Positions 27,365 to 36,658 of a stretch of 64,000 nt of DNA are shown here, piece by piece. Position 1 is the stretch's first letter; the number at the start of each line of letters is the position of its first letter. The notes beneath the pieces were generated by a model. The model made no database searches, was not told the DNA's origin, and saw only the letters and a program-made list of their open reading frames with translations. The stretch lies in the NCBI GenBank assembly GCA_963847625.1, contig CAWKAR010000024.1, forward strand, positions 78,219-142,218, in the 5' to 3' direction. Source of the stretch: a candidate division FCPU426 bacterium (lineage in GTDB: Bacteria; Oederibacteriota; Muellerivitia; Muellerivitales; Muellerivitaceae). A program made the translations under genes and the position numbers.

Positions 27365-27640
27365 ATGAAAAAGTTTATTTTTTGGATGGTTGTTTTGGCT
27401 TTCATTGCCAGTGTCGGACCGGTAATGGCCAAGGGTGGAGGAGTTGCTTCCGGCAAAGGATTCGTGTCAGGATCTTCCGGTACCGGTGGAACCGGCGGTG
27501 GTAAAGCAGCCCATAAAGGGAGTCCCAAGAAACACCACAAGAAGCCGAGGAAGAGCGCCAAACCAGGAAACAATAACGGGGCTACTAACAAGCAAAACAC
27601 TGAAACCACTACTAGTTCCTCGACAGGCGCGAAACAGTAA
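27365..27640 (+). CDS. Small secreted Gly/Lys-rich protein
   Basis: RBS GGAGG, signal peptide, low-complexity basic body. Confidence 0.5.
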   Translation: MKKFIFWMVVLAFIASVGPVMAKGGGVASGKGFVSGSSGTGGTGGGKAAHKGSPKKHHKKPRKSAKPGNNNGATNKQNTETTTSSSTGAKQ

Positions 27641-27661
27641 ATCTTAAGTCCAATAGAAAAT

Positions 27662-27692
27662 AAAAAAGGCAGGAAATATTCCCGCCTTTTTT
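27662..27692. terminator. Bidirectional intrinsic terminator
   Basis: AAAAAAGGC-AGGAA..TTCC-CGCCTTTTTT between convergent genes. Confidence 0.65.
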
Positions 27693-27787
27693 CATTCCTG
27701 TCGAAATTCTAACTTCCCCTCAATCTCCCTCTTTCGGAGGGGGAAACTTCTAAACCAAACCCCATTTACCAAAGATGTATCGGACAA

Positions 27788-28450
27788 TTAAGGCGGGGCA
27801 TAGGCCGCGTGAAAAGTTTCCCGGGCGTGGATTCCACGGCCGGTGGCCGGGTCCCTGGCCACGGTTTCATTGAATTGATTGCCGATGAAGCTGAAATGCC
27901 TCCGGTGGATGCGCGGAGGTTTTCGGGATCCCGAGGCGTCGATATAGGTCACCACCCAGTTTCGAAAGCTCTCCACGATGCCCGCGTGCGTGAACTTGTC
28001 GCGGTCGTCGATCCTCCCGTCGTGGTTGATGTCGTAGGTCTTGTTGAAAATGAGGATGTCGCCAGGCTGGATGTCCGCAGCCCTTTTTCTCCGGGCCTTG
28101 CGCTGGGTCAGGTAGTAGTTCAGGTCGTAAACCAAGTTATGGTTGTATTTGCGACGGTTCAGGAAGGCGTTCATGCTCCTGGAATGGTAGCAAGCCAGTA
28201 CGAAATGGGAACAGTCCACTTTCCAGTTGGGACGGGTTTTCAGGAATTCCTCGGCGTTGTGAATAGCCTCTCCAGCGGAGGCCGCCTCTTCGGTTTCACC
28301 CATCTCGTACCGGATTGGAGCGCATCCCGATAAGTAAGCCGCCAAGAGAATAAGAAGAAACCAAACCGGACCCGCCTGTGGATGGCGATAGGTTAATATC
28401 AATTTTAAAAAAATCGGTTTTTTTTGTTTATTATTCTGAAGGGTTTTCAT
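27788..28450 (-). CDS. NlpC/P60-CHAP-like peptidoglycan hydrolase lipoprotein
   Basis: Lipobox-like LSGC; DCSHFV, PGDILIFNKTYD, THAGIV; start uncertain. Confidence 0.7.
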   Translation of the reverse strand: MKTLQNNKQKKPIFLKLILTYRHPQAGPVWFLLILLAAYLSGCAPIRYEMGETEEAASAGEAIHNAEEFLKTRPNWKVDCSHFVLACYHSRSMNAFLNRRKYNHNLVYDLNYYLTQRKARRKRAADIQPGDILIFNKTYDINHDGRIDDRDKFTHAGIVESFRNWVVTYIDASGSRKPPRIHRRHFSFIGNQFNETVARDPATGRGIHARETFHAAYAPP

Positions 28451-28500
28451 AAAAATTTCCGGTTTAAAACGAGGAAGTCCTACTTCTATTCCTGGCGGCA

Positions 28501-31071
28501 TTATTTTTTTAAACCGATACGGTTTCCTCGGGCGATCAAGGAATGAATATTAGCGAAGGCCACGGAGAGGGCGAGGTTGCTCGAGGTGGCCAGGTATTTG
28601 GGAACCCATGCGGGGCTGAAGCAGCCCATTCCCTTGCGGATATCCCCCATGTTTGGCCCTTCCACGTGCGGGGAAAACATTCCCAACATTTGGGCCTTAA
28701 AGGGAGCCAGGGGGCTTTCCTCCAGGTCCAGTAGGGAGGCCGTCCCCAAGTTGAACCAGTGGTATCCTTTTTCCTTGGCCCAAATCATCGTTTCTGTCAG
28801 AAGATAATCCTCAAAGACCGGGCCTTGCTCCGTCGCGGACCTCAGAAGGTCCACGGCCAATTCCTCACGGCCGCTGGCCGGGAGCAGGTTGGCGAATGCC
28901 GCCACACGCCCCTCTTCCCGGAGAAGAGCCAGGGGGAATTTCTCAAGGTAGACGGGATGGAAGAAACCCATGGAAAAACCCTTCTCGCGGGTCTTGTTGC
29001 GGCTTAACCAGCTCTCTGACGCGGCTTTCAATTCCTCCCAGGGAATCCCCTTTGCTCCCGGTTCCAGGACCTCGAAGGAATAGTCCTCATTTCCCTTCAA
29101 CCTTTGCCGGATTTCCCTCAGCTCGGATGGGAGGGTTGTTTCGGCTTTGAATTTATCCAGGGAAACCCTCGCTTCCTCCCCGATCTTCTGGACCGTCATT
29201 CCCAAGTCCAGGTAAAACTGGAAATGATCCTTGTCCACCAGGTAAAAGAGGGCCCAGGCCTTCTTGCGGCGGCACAGGTCGCGGAACTTTTGGGCCAGTT
29301 CCTCCCCCTCCTTCGTTCCCCCGACCGGATCACCCAGGGCGGTCCAACATTTGCCCTCGATGGCGTACATCACGAAGGCATCCCCTTTTTTATTAAATAA
29401 GAGGGCCTTATCCCCGAGCAAGGCCAGGTGTGGATAGGAACGGCGCGATTTCCCGATGGGTTCCAGGACTTTTGAAAGATCGGAAGGGCTTGGGAACTCC
29501 GTTTCCGGCTGGGAAGGAGAGAGCAATGTCACTATGGAAAAAATAAGAAGGGTCATGGCCGTGGCCAGGTTGGATCTCAGGAACCTCGCGGCGTCCTCGT
29601 CCAGGGCGAAGGTGGTCCAAAGGTCGTTTGAATAATCCTCGATGTAGCGGTAATTAAAAACACCCACCCAGATGCATCCCAACCAGACAAAAAGCACCGC
29701 GGCCACCCAGAGGGGAGGATAGCGCTGCTGGATGAGGGAGGATTTCCTGGGGAAATAGGCCCGGGTGGGCAGGAGGAGAGCGAAAAGAATAAGAAGCACG
29801 AGGGCTTCCGTGTAGTCAAAGCCCTTGAAAAGGCACCCGAGGAGTCCAGCCCCCAGAAGGATGAGCGAGAGGGTGTGGGCTCCCTCCAGGCGCTGCTGGA
29901 GGCCACGGGCAGCCACCATCAACAGTGCCCCCACAAGCCCCACGAGGAGGTGGGAGGATTCCAGGAAGGGTAGGGGAAGGTACTCCGAGAGCCAGGCCAT
30001 CTGCCGGGGAGCCTCGGGGGACGCGTTCGAGTAAAGAACCAGCGCCCCGCACAGGAACAATAGCACCGAAAAGACGTGAGGCGCGAAATCGGGCGCCCAG
30101 CGGTTCAGGATCTGCAGGGCCCTCTTGAAGCCTTGTTTGTTCCGGATGATTTCGTTCCCCGAGAAAAGCCCCAAGCCCAGGACGAAGGGAATAAGGTAAT
30201 AAACCATCCGGAAAGCCAGGAGAGCCCCCAAGACGTCCGCGGCATGAAGCACGGGGGAAAGGAGGACCACGATGATGGTTTCTAGGACCCCTAGGCCTCC
30301 CGGCACCTGACTGGCGAAACCCACCAGCTGGGCCAGGAGGTAGATGGCCATAAAAGAGGGAAAGGACACAGAGGAGTGGGGTAATAAGAGGAAAAGCGCG
30401 GTCCCGGAGCAGGTCCAATCCAGGCAGCCGGCCGCCATTTGTCCCAAGGCGATTCCCAGGGAAGGAGTGGGGAAGGACCATTTCCAAATGCGGATGGTTT
30501 TCTTGAAGAGCACGCACGAGAGGAGATACAGGGCGATCACGGCCAGACAGAAGACCCCGGCGGAAAAAACAGAATTGAAGGGAAGGTGGATGGTTGGGGG
30601 CAGGTCGGGGGGCTGCAGGAAGAAGAAGACCGCCCCCATGGTCAGGAATCCAATCCAGAAGGTCATGCCGCAAACCAGCAGAACATTTGCGGTTTCACCT
30701 ACGCTCAGGCCCCAGGCAGAGTAGAGCCGGTAGCGCACGCTGCCCCCGGTGAGCAGAGAAGCGCCGATGTTGTGGCTGAAGGAATAAGCGATGAAGGAGG
30801 TCAGAGCGGTGCGGGCATAGGAGAGTTTTTTCCGGATATGCTTGAGGCCCAGGAAATCGTAAAAGGTCAGGGCCAGGTAGCTTCCCATGGAAAAGAGGAA
30901 CGCCAGGAGGAAGCTCCGATAGGGAATCTGCTTGAGATACTGGAGGATGTCCTGGTAATGGCTGGCCCTCACCTCCCGCCGCAGGACCCAGAGGGCCGCG
31001 TAAAAGAGAAGCAAGGGCAGAAGGATGCCCAGGGTTTGAATGACCTTGTTTCGGGTTTGGGACTGTTCCAT
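28501..31071 (-). CDS. mprF: Bifunctional lysylphosphatidylglycerol flippase/synthase
   Basis: LPG synthase TM domain (RYRLYS, VPGGLGVLE) plus DUF2156 domain (LGDK, ALGDPVG, EKGFSMGFF). Confidence 0.92.
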   Translation of the reverse strand: MEQSQTRNKVIQTLGILLPLLLFYAALWVLRREVRASHYQDILQYLKQIPYRSFLLAFLFSMGSYLALTFYDFLGLKHIRKKLSYARTALTSFIAYSFSHNIGASLLTGGSVRYRLYSAWGLSVGETANVLLVCGMTFWIGFLTMGAVFFFLQPPDLPPTIHLPFNSVFSAGVFCLAVIALYLLSCVLFKKTIRIWKWSFPTPSLGIALGQMAAGCLDWTCSGTALFLLLPHSSVSFPSFMAIYLLAQLVGFASQVPGGLGVLETIIVVLLSPVLHAADVLGALLAFRMVYYLIPFVLGLGLFSGNEIIRNKQGFKRALQILNRWAPDFAPHVFSVLLFLCGALVLYSNASPEAPRQMAWLSEYLPLPFLESSHLLVGLVGALLMVAARGLQQRLEGAHTLSLILLGAGLLGCLFKGFDYTEALVLLILFALLLPTRAYFPRKSSLIQQRYPPLWVAAVLFVWLGCIWVGVFNYRYIEDYSNDLWTTFALDEDAARFLRSNLATAMTLLIFSIVTLLSPSQPETEFPSPSDLSKVLEPIGKSRRSYPHLALLGDKALLFNKKGDAFVMYAIEGKCWTALGDPVGGTKEGEELAQKFRDLCRRKKAWALFYLVDKDHFQFYLDLGMTVQKIGEEARVSLDKFKAETTLPSELREIRQRLKGNEDYSFEVLEPGAKGIPWEELKAASESWLSRNKTREKGFSMGFFHPVYLEKFPLALLREEGRVAAFANLLPASGREELAVDLLRSATEQGPVFEDYLLTETMIWAKEKGYHWFNLGTASLLDLEESPLAPFKAQMLGMFSPHVEGPNMGDIRKGMGCFSPAWVPKYLATSSNLALSVAFANIHSLIARGNRIGLKK

Positions 31072-31128
31072 TGGATCCCTATTCCTAAATTCTGCGAACT
31101 ACGATAATTGCGTGGTTCATTTAATTAA

Positions 31129-31929
31129 TTACGGTGAAAGCCGTTCCCGGAACCACCTGCCGGAAGAACGGCGAGTGTAGCACAACCGGTCATGGAGGCG
31201 GTTGGGGCGGCCGTTCCAAAACTCGAACCGGTCGGGTACCAAACGATACCCCCCCCAATAGGGCGGCCGGGGAACAGGTCTTCCCTTGAATTTCTTTTCG
31301 AAATCCGCCATTCGCGTTTCCAAGGTTATCCTCCCGGGAACGGGGGTGCTTTGCCGGGAGGCCCAGGCCGAGAGTTGGCTTCCCCGTGGGCGGCTACCGA
31401 AGTACTCATCCGACTCCACCGCCGAGACCTTCTGGACCTTGCCGTCAATGCGCACCTGCCGGACCAGGGTGGGCCAATAAAAGAGCAGGCAGGCGGAACC
31501 CCGGCGGCTGATCTCCCTTCCCTTCAGGCTTTCATAGTTGGTAAAAAAAACGAATCCTGTTAAATCAAAATCCTTCAAAAGCACGGTTCTTAAGGATGGG
31601 CGGGAATTCTTCCCCAAAGTGCCCAGGGTCATGGCGTTGGGGTCCAGAACCCTGGACCGCACCGCATCTTCGAACCAATCCTGGAAAAGAGCGTAGGGCT
31701 CGGCCGGTGCGGATTTTTCGGTGAGCCCCCGGGTGTTGTACTCGTGTTTCATGACCGAGATGACCCGTAGGAGCTGCTGGAACCAGTATTTGGAGAATTG
31801 AAAGGCGTTGATGCGGTTTCCCCACCGTGTTTGGCCCGTTGCGTTGTACTCCCGCCGCATCTGGGAAACGGCCGGGCGGTAGGGATGGGAAGGGCCTTTT
31901 CGGCCCCGGGAATGTCGGGCGATCGTCAT
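31129..31929 (-). CDS. pdxH: Pyridoxamine 5'-phosphate oxidase paralog 2 (possible N-terminal extension; alternative start near 31752)
   Basis: FFTNYESLKG, RQVRIDG, YFGSRPRGSQ, PRPPYWGGY, EFWNGRPNRLHDR, RLSP. Confidence 0.88.
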   Translation of the reverse strand: MTIARHSRGRKGPSHPYRPAVSQMRREYNATGQTRWGNRINAFQFSKYWFQQLLRVISVMKHEYNTRGLTEKSAPAEPYALFQDWFEDAVRSRVLDPNAMTLGTLGKNSRPSLRTVLLKDFDLTGFVFFTNYESLKGREISRRGSACLLFYWPTLVRQVRIDGKVQKVSAVESDEYFGSRPRGSQLSAWASRQSTPVPGRITLETRMADFEKKFKGRPVPRPPYWGGYRLVPDRFEFWNGRPNRLHDRLCYTRRSSGRWFRERLSP

Positions 31930-31933
31930 GGTT

Positions 31934-32581
31934 TTAGGGGGAGAGCCTCTCGATTTTCCATTTTCCGGTTGGTTGCAGGCTGTATCGGATGCGGTCGTGT
32001 AGGCGGTGGGAACGGCCCTTCCAGAACTCGTAGGTTTCCGGAACCACGCGATAACCGCCCCAGTGGGGGGGCCGGGGCACGGGCTTGTTCCTATATTTCT
32101 TTTCCAGGAGCCTCATGTTTTTCTCCAGGACCCCCCGGCTGGAGATCACCCGGCTCTGATGGGAAGCCCAGACGCCTAACTGGCTGTCGCGCGGCCGGAT
32201 GCGGAAATATTGGTTGGATTCCTTGACCGGGACTTTTTGCGCCTTTCCGTCGATTCGTACTTGCCGTTTTAAAAGAGGCCAGAAGAAGAGCATGCTCACT
32301 TGGGAACGCTTGGCCAGGTCCCGAGCTTTATTGCTTTCGTAATTGGTGTAAAAAACGAATCCCCGCGCATCGAAGCCCTTCAAGAGAATAGCCCGTATCG
32401 TGGGCCTTCCCTGGGGGGAGACGGTGGCGAGAGTCATGGCATTCACGTCCAGGAAATTGGCATTCAACGCTTCCTTGAACCAGCGGTCAAAGAGGACAAG
32501 GGGATTCCTTGGGGCGTCTTTTTCCAGCAATCCAGTGGTGGAATATTTCCGCCTTAACTGGGAGATGGGCACTCTTTTCAT
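31934..32581 (-). CDS. pdxH: Pyridoxamine 5'-phosphate oxidase paralog 1
   Basis: FYTNYESNK, RQVRIDG, PRPPHWGGY, EFWKGRSHRLHDR, ERLSP. Confidence 0.9.
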   Translation of the reverse strand: MKRVPISQLRRKYSTTGLLEKDAPRNPLVLFDRWFKEALNANFLDVNAMTLATVSPQGRPTIRAILLKGFDARGFVFYTNYESNKARDLAKRSQVSMLFFWPLLKRQVRIDGKAQKVPVKESNQYFRIRPRDSQLGVWASHQSRVISSRGVLEKNMRLLEKKYRNKPVPRPPHWGGYRVVPETYEFWKGRSHRLHDRIRYSLQPTGKWKIERLSP

Positions 32582-32894
32582 GGGCTTTCACCTCGAAAAA
32601 TAGGGGATTCCCCTTGATGAATCCAGGGCACCTATATGATAGCAGAGGGAGCTTTATCCTAAAGAAGGCATTTGCTGCCGTTTAGCGCGGATAAATACTG
32701 ACTTTTGGATAAGTGGATAAATAACCCATGAAAAATTGGCTGAAACTTGTCCAAAACTCGCTTTATCTTCTACAATAACTTCTCATTCTGGATCAGATTC
32801 AAAACACTTTAGAGATCGTATTTGATACGGTTATTTTTAAGGACCGAAAAGGGCATCAAAAGTTTGCCTTGCGGTTATGTTTAGGTTTTTACTT

Positions 32895-32984
32895 GGAGAG
32901 ATGGCAGAGTGGTCGAATGCGGCTGACTCGAAATCAGCTTTACGCGAAAGCGTAACGGGGGTTCGAATCCCTCTCTCTCCGCCA
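32895..32984 (+). tRNA. tRNA-Ser(CGA)
   Basis: GGAGAGA acceptor pairing with TCTCTCC-GCCA; anticodon arm GCTGA-CT-CGA-AA-TCAGC; long variable arm; GTTCGAATC T-loop. Confidence 0.95.
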
Positions 32985-33140
32985 TAAAGGGTGGCATCCA
33001 AAGGGTGCCACCCTTTATGGTTTAGAAACAGGGGATTTGAACCCCCAGGGTTCGGCGCCCCAAAGGGGCGGGACGAAAATAATCATCGAGAATAAAATCC
33101 AGTTAAATGTTATTTTCGTTCTGAGCTCTCTCTCCCTATT

Positions 33141-33689
33141 TTACGGTTTCTTTTTTTGCACCTTGATTTGCGTGACGATCATCCGAAGTTTTTTGGCGGC
33201 GTCAAAAATGCGGTCATCGCGGTAAAATTCCCCGTAATAAATGGCTTTGATCCCGACGTTGGCAACCATTTTAAAACAGTTCCAACAAGGGGAGGCGGTC
33301 ACGTAAATTTCCGCACCCTCCACCCTTACCCCATTGCGGGCCGCTTGGATGATCGCGTTAGCCTCGGCATGTATGGTCGCCACGCAATGGCCGTCCTGGA
33401 TCATGTGGCCCATGTCGTCGCAATGCGGCAGGCCCCTGACACTTCCGTTGTACCCGGTTGAAAGAATGGTTTTGTCCCGCACAATAACCGCCCCCACATA
33501 TTTGCGGTCGCAAGTGGACCTGGACGCGACTTCGGTGGCGATATTCATGAAATATTGATGCCAGTCCACCCTGATCCGGTGGGAGGGTTTTACTGAAATC
33601 CTGGCTTGCTCCCGGGAGGATGGTACTTTCCGTTTTTTTAACCGATGGATAGGTTGTTTCTTGAATTTGATTTTCACCCTGGAAGCCAT
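33141..33689 (-). CDS. dCMP deaminase / ComEB family
   Basis: RSTCDR, TGYNG, HAEANA, PCWNC. Confidence 0.92.
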   Translation of the reverse strand: MASRVKIKFKKQPIHRLKKRKVPSSREQARISVKPSHRIRVDWHQYFMNIATEVASRSTCDRKYVGAVIVRDKTILSTGYNGSVRGLPHCDDMGHMIQDGHCVATIHAEANAIIQAARNGVRVEGAEIYVTASPCWNCFKMVANVGIKAIYYGEFYRDDRIFDAAKKLRMIVTQIKVQKKKP

Positions 33690-33758
33690 GGTAACCTCGT
33701 ATGAAATTTTTGAATTTTTAGATTCAAGCTATCCGATTATCCCATAATTCCCGGCGGA

Positions 33759-34700
33759 TTAAACTGGATCCACCACGTAGATTTGCAATTTCCGGATGGG
33801 GTGCCAATATTCCTTGGATTGAGCCAGGCTCAAGAGGCCCTCGGCGTCCCCCGTATTGATGAAAGAATAATCCCCAGCCTGCTGCCTGCAAACATTGGCG
33901 AATATATAAGAGGATAACCCCTTCACGCTCAAGTCGGTCACTTCCAGGTAAATCCCGAATTGATCGGGCCCCAAAGAAGCCCCCGCCGAATAAGCGGCCA
34001 ACCGATCGTCCAGCAATACCACCCAAGCCTCTAGGCCCCAATCCCGGCCTTGCTCCAGGGCCCGAAGATGGGCTTGCCGGGAGGAAAGAAGCATTTTTTC
34101 AGCCATGCTCCCGGCCGCGGCCGGGAGCCGCTGGCTCTTCCAGAGCTCGAATAACTCGGCGCAAGGTTGGAAATCCGTTGAGCGGTAAGGCCGGAAAACA
34201 ACCGCATTCTGTTTCAACAAATGATTGATTTCAGCCCGCTTGGCCCGGAAGGAATCGCCGTGAAGCCCGGTTAACCGGGAACGCTCATAAACAAATTCAG
34301 TGAGAGTGGGACGGGTTTGATAGTCCCATTTTTCAGCGGTCACCTTTTGAGCATCCGTCATTCCTTCCACGCGGGAAACGCCTTTGCCCGGCCCGTTCAC
34401 TTTTTTCATGTAAGCAAAGGCAGTTTCCAACGACTCGGAGGTCAAGGGATGGGGCGGGATGGGGAAGTAAACATACCGGTCGTAATATGCCGCGATGAAA
34501 TGAAAAGGACCTTTGGACACCAGGACGTAAAAGTATTCATGCCCCCACATTAAGAAAGAGGGGAGGGAAGCCGAGAGCGAGGAAGCCGGAAAAAAAAGTT
34601 TCGACGCTTCCTCCAAGCGGGAATCCAGGGGTTCCGCTCGGTCAAAAAAATCCTGGTGGGGAATTCGGTTTACGGGCAAGGGAAGCCGCCCCAAAGACAC
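33759..34700 (-). CDS. DUF2156 family protein
   Basis: EFVYERSRLTGLHG..KRAEINH, INTGDAEGLLSLAQSKEYWHP. Confidence 0.75.
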   Translation of the reverse strand: MSLGRLPLPVNRIPHQDFFDRAEPLDSRLEEASKLFFPASSLSASLPSFLMWGHEYFYVLVSKGPFHFIAAYYDRYVYFPIPPHPLTSESLETAFAYMKKVNGPGKGVSRVEGMTDAQKVTAEKWDYQTRPTLTEFVYERSRLTGLHGDSFRAKRAEINHLLKQNAVVFRPYRSTDFQPCAELFELWKSQRLPAAAGSMAEKMLLSSRQAHLRALEQGRDWGLEAWVVLLDDRLAAYSAGASLGPDQFGIYLEVTDLSVKGLSSYIFANVCRQQAGDYSFINTGDAEGLLSLAQSKEYWHPIRKLQIYVVDPV

Positions 34701-34767
34701 AGGAACCGCGAATAAAAACGAAAATGTTTCCTAGTTCCTGTGCCCTTGCGGCTTGACTCCTGAGACA

Positions 34768-35526
34768 TTATTGCCCCGTGATGACCCTGGCGATCTCGCG
34801 GCGAAGGCCGTAACTTAGCCGGCTGGCGCGGGAGGGAGGCCGATAATTCTGCAAATATTGCGGCAAGGTGTTCAAATCCACCACGCCTTGCTCATGGTTG
34901 ACGACAGCCGAGGCGTCCCCCTGCGGGTGGGCAAAAACCACCACCCCTTGGATCCAAACATGCGTGCATTCCTGGGCCCAGCGCGCCGGAAGGTTGGCTT
35001 CCAAATGGCTCCGAAGGTGGTAAATCTGGGTGGCCACCTGTTTCAACGGATTGTAAAAACCCCGTTTGTAGCGGGACCGGGTTTTTCGCGCCCTCTTGTG
35101 AAGGGTCCATTCCCTGTCCAGGACCTCGCCCGCGATGCGTCCGCGGAGGTACTTGGTCTCGATGCAGAACATGGCATTAGGGGTGATCAAAAGGTGATCG
35201 ATCTCCCGGGCCTTGTCGCCGGAAAAAAACTGCACCGAATGCAGAACCCGGGCGTTTTCCATCTGCAGGTTGTCCAGGGCGCTTGCGACCAGGGCCTCGC
35301 CTTCGGACCCTTCCCCTACGATCCGGTTCCGATGACGGGCGACCAGATAGCTCCAGCCTGAGAAGGCCAGCAGGGGCACGCAAAACAATATGATGAAAAA
35401 CGGGTGGTTGTGCAGCAACATCCCGGCGGCCAGAGCGACCGCCAACGAACTGATTGAAAACCATCTCCAACGAGTCACCCACCGCATCGCCCGAGGCGGT
35501 TGCAGCTTTTGCAAAGTGGCGACCAT
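34768..35526 (-). CDS. NERD nuclease-related domain protein with N-terminal TM segments
   Basis: GSEGEALV, EIDHLLI, IETK, NPLKQ; start placed at MVATLQ. Confidence 0.82.
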   Translation of the reverse strand: MVATLQKLQPPRAMRWVTRWRWFSISSLAVALAAGMLLHNHPFFIILFCVPLLAFSGWSYLVARHRNRIVGEGSEGEALVASALDNLQMENARVLHSVQFFSGDKAREIDHLLITPNAMFCIETKYLRGRIAGEVLDREWTLHKRARKTRSRYKRGFYNPLKQVATQIYHLRSHLEANLPARWAQECTHVWIQGVVVFAHPQGDASAVVNHEQGVVDLNTLPQYLQNYRPPSRASRLSYGLRREIARVITGQ

Positions 35527-35531
35527 AAAAC

Positions 35532-36056
35532 CTAAACCTTTCCCAGCGACAGCTTGCGCACCTCCACAACCTCTTCCTGGAAATCGCCTATAAATTGGGG
35601 ATATTTTCGAACGAGGGACGACAGGGATGTGCTTTCCAAGTGTCGCTGCAACCAGATTAAATAATCCTTGAATTTCACGGCCACTTCCGGCCGAGAAAGG
35701 GCCGGACATTTTGTGTCCGACCCCAACAGAACCTGATTTTGATCCTTACTGCGCATGATGACCGCGGGATACATCGAGCAATCCAGTGGGCGGGCCTCGT
35801 AAACAAGGCACGTTTGATCCTCAGGATTGAAAAACGAACAGGCGAACCCGTGCCCGCAGGCCACAAGTTCAACCTTGGAAGCCATTTCCTTGACCGGCTC
35901 CCGAAAAGAATGATTTGATAGGAGTGAATCGACCTGAAACCTTTCCTCTGGGAAAAAGAAGGGGGAGAGGGCCGCCTGCTTTTCCGGAAAATGACAACAG
36001 ACGGGACATTCCAGGCAAATCTCACTCGCGATCAACTGGGGCATCTGTGGACGCAT
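35532..36056 (-). CDS. YkgJ family Cys-cluster protein
   Basis: CLECPVCCHF, CSFF, CLVYEARPLDCSMYP. Confidence 0.85.
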   Translation of the reverse strand: MRPQMPQLIASEICLECPVCCHFPEKQAALSPFFFPEERFQVDSLLSNHSFREPVKEMASKVELVACGHGFACSFFNPEDQTCLVYEARPLDCSMYPAVIMRSKDQNQVLLGSDTKCPALSRPEVAVKFKDYLIWLQRHLESTSLSSLVRKYPQFIGDFQEEVVEVRKLSLGKV

Positions 36057-36068
36057 GAAGTCCTTGAC

Positions 36069-36260
36069 TTAAAGGTTGTATATCCCAATGCCGATAACGA
36101 CCAGTCCCCCGATGATCAAAATGGGCGCGAGAGTCATGGAACCCGTGGCTAGAAACATGTAACCCGCCACCAGGATGCCCACTCCCACGCCAAGTGTGGT
36201 TTTGCCTGCGCTGCTCATTTTGGGTGCAACGGTTTGAACTTTCTCGTTTTTATCCGCCAT
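36069..36260 (-). CDS. Small two-TM membrane protein
   Basis: RBS GGAGG; GYMFLATGSMTLAPILIIGG. Confidence 0.6.
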   Translation of the reverse strand: MADKNEKVQTVAPKMSSAGKTTLGVGVGILVAGYMFLATGSMTLAPILIIGGLVVIGIGIYNL

Positions 36261-36658
36261 GAAGACGAACCTCCGGCAATTGGTTAATCGCCCCGTATTG
36301 TAGCAGAGGTTTCGCGTAAAATTAAACCGATGTCAATTTTTAGCCATTTATCCAAAGAACTTCAGGGGGTTCGGGTTAAACAGGTAAAGCGACAAGGAAA
36401 AATATGGAATTTTGTCATTTATTCCCTTATAAGCCCAAAGACGAATGAATATAAGACGGTAAATTGTTTAAAAATTAAGAAAATGCGAATAAATAATTTC
36501 TTAAAACATGAAAAATATTGAAAAGAAGGCCTTTTGGCAATTATGGGAAAAAACGGTTCCGATTAGTTTCATGCCTTTTCATGCTTTTAAAATCATATTT
36601 TCTTGTTGGAATTTAAAGATGGAATAAATGAATTAGAGGTGAAAAAAAGGGGAATGCT

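Noticed and set aside
32895..32984. tRNA-Ser as an island attachment site
   Set aside because: I found no direct repeat of its 3' end in the window, and the neighbouring genes are backbone-like.
35527..35709. N-terminal extension of the NERD protein
   Set aside because: It overlaps the YkgJ gene; the start at 35526 fits better.
36261..36658. AT-rich intergenic stretch and its 63-aa ORF
   Set aside because: No repeats, structure or recognisable protein motif.
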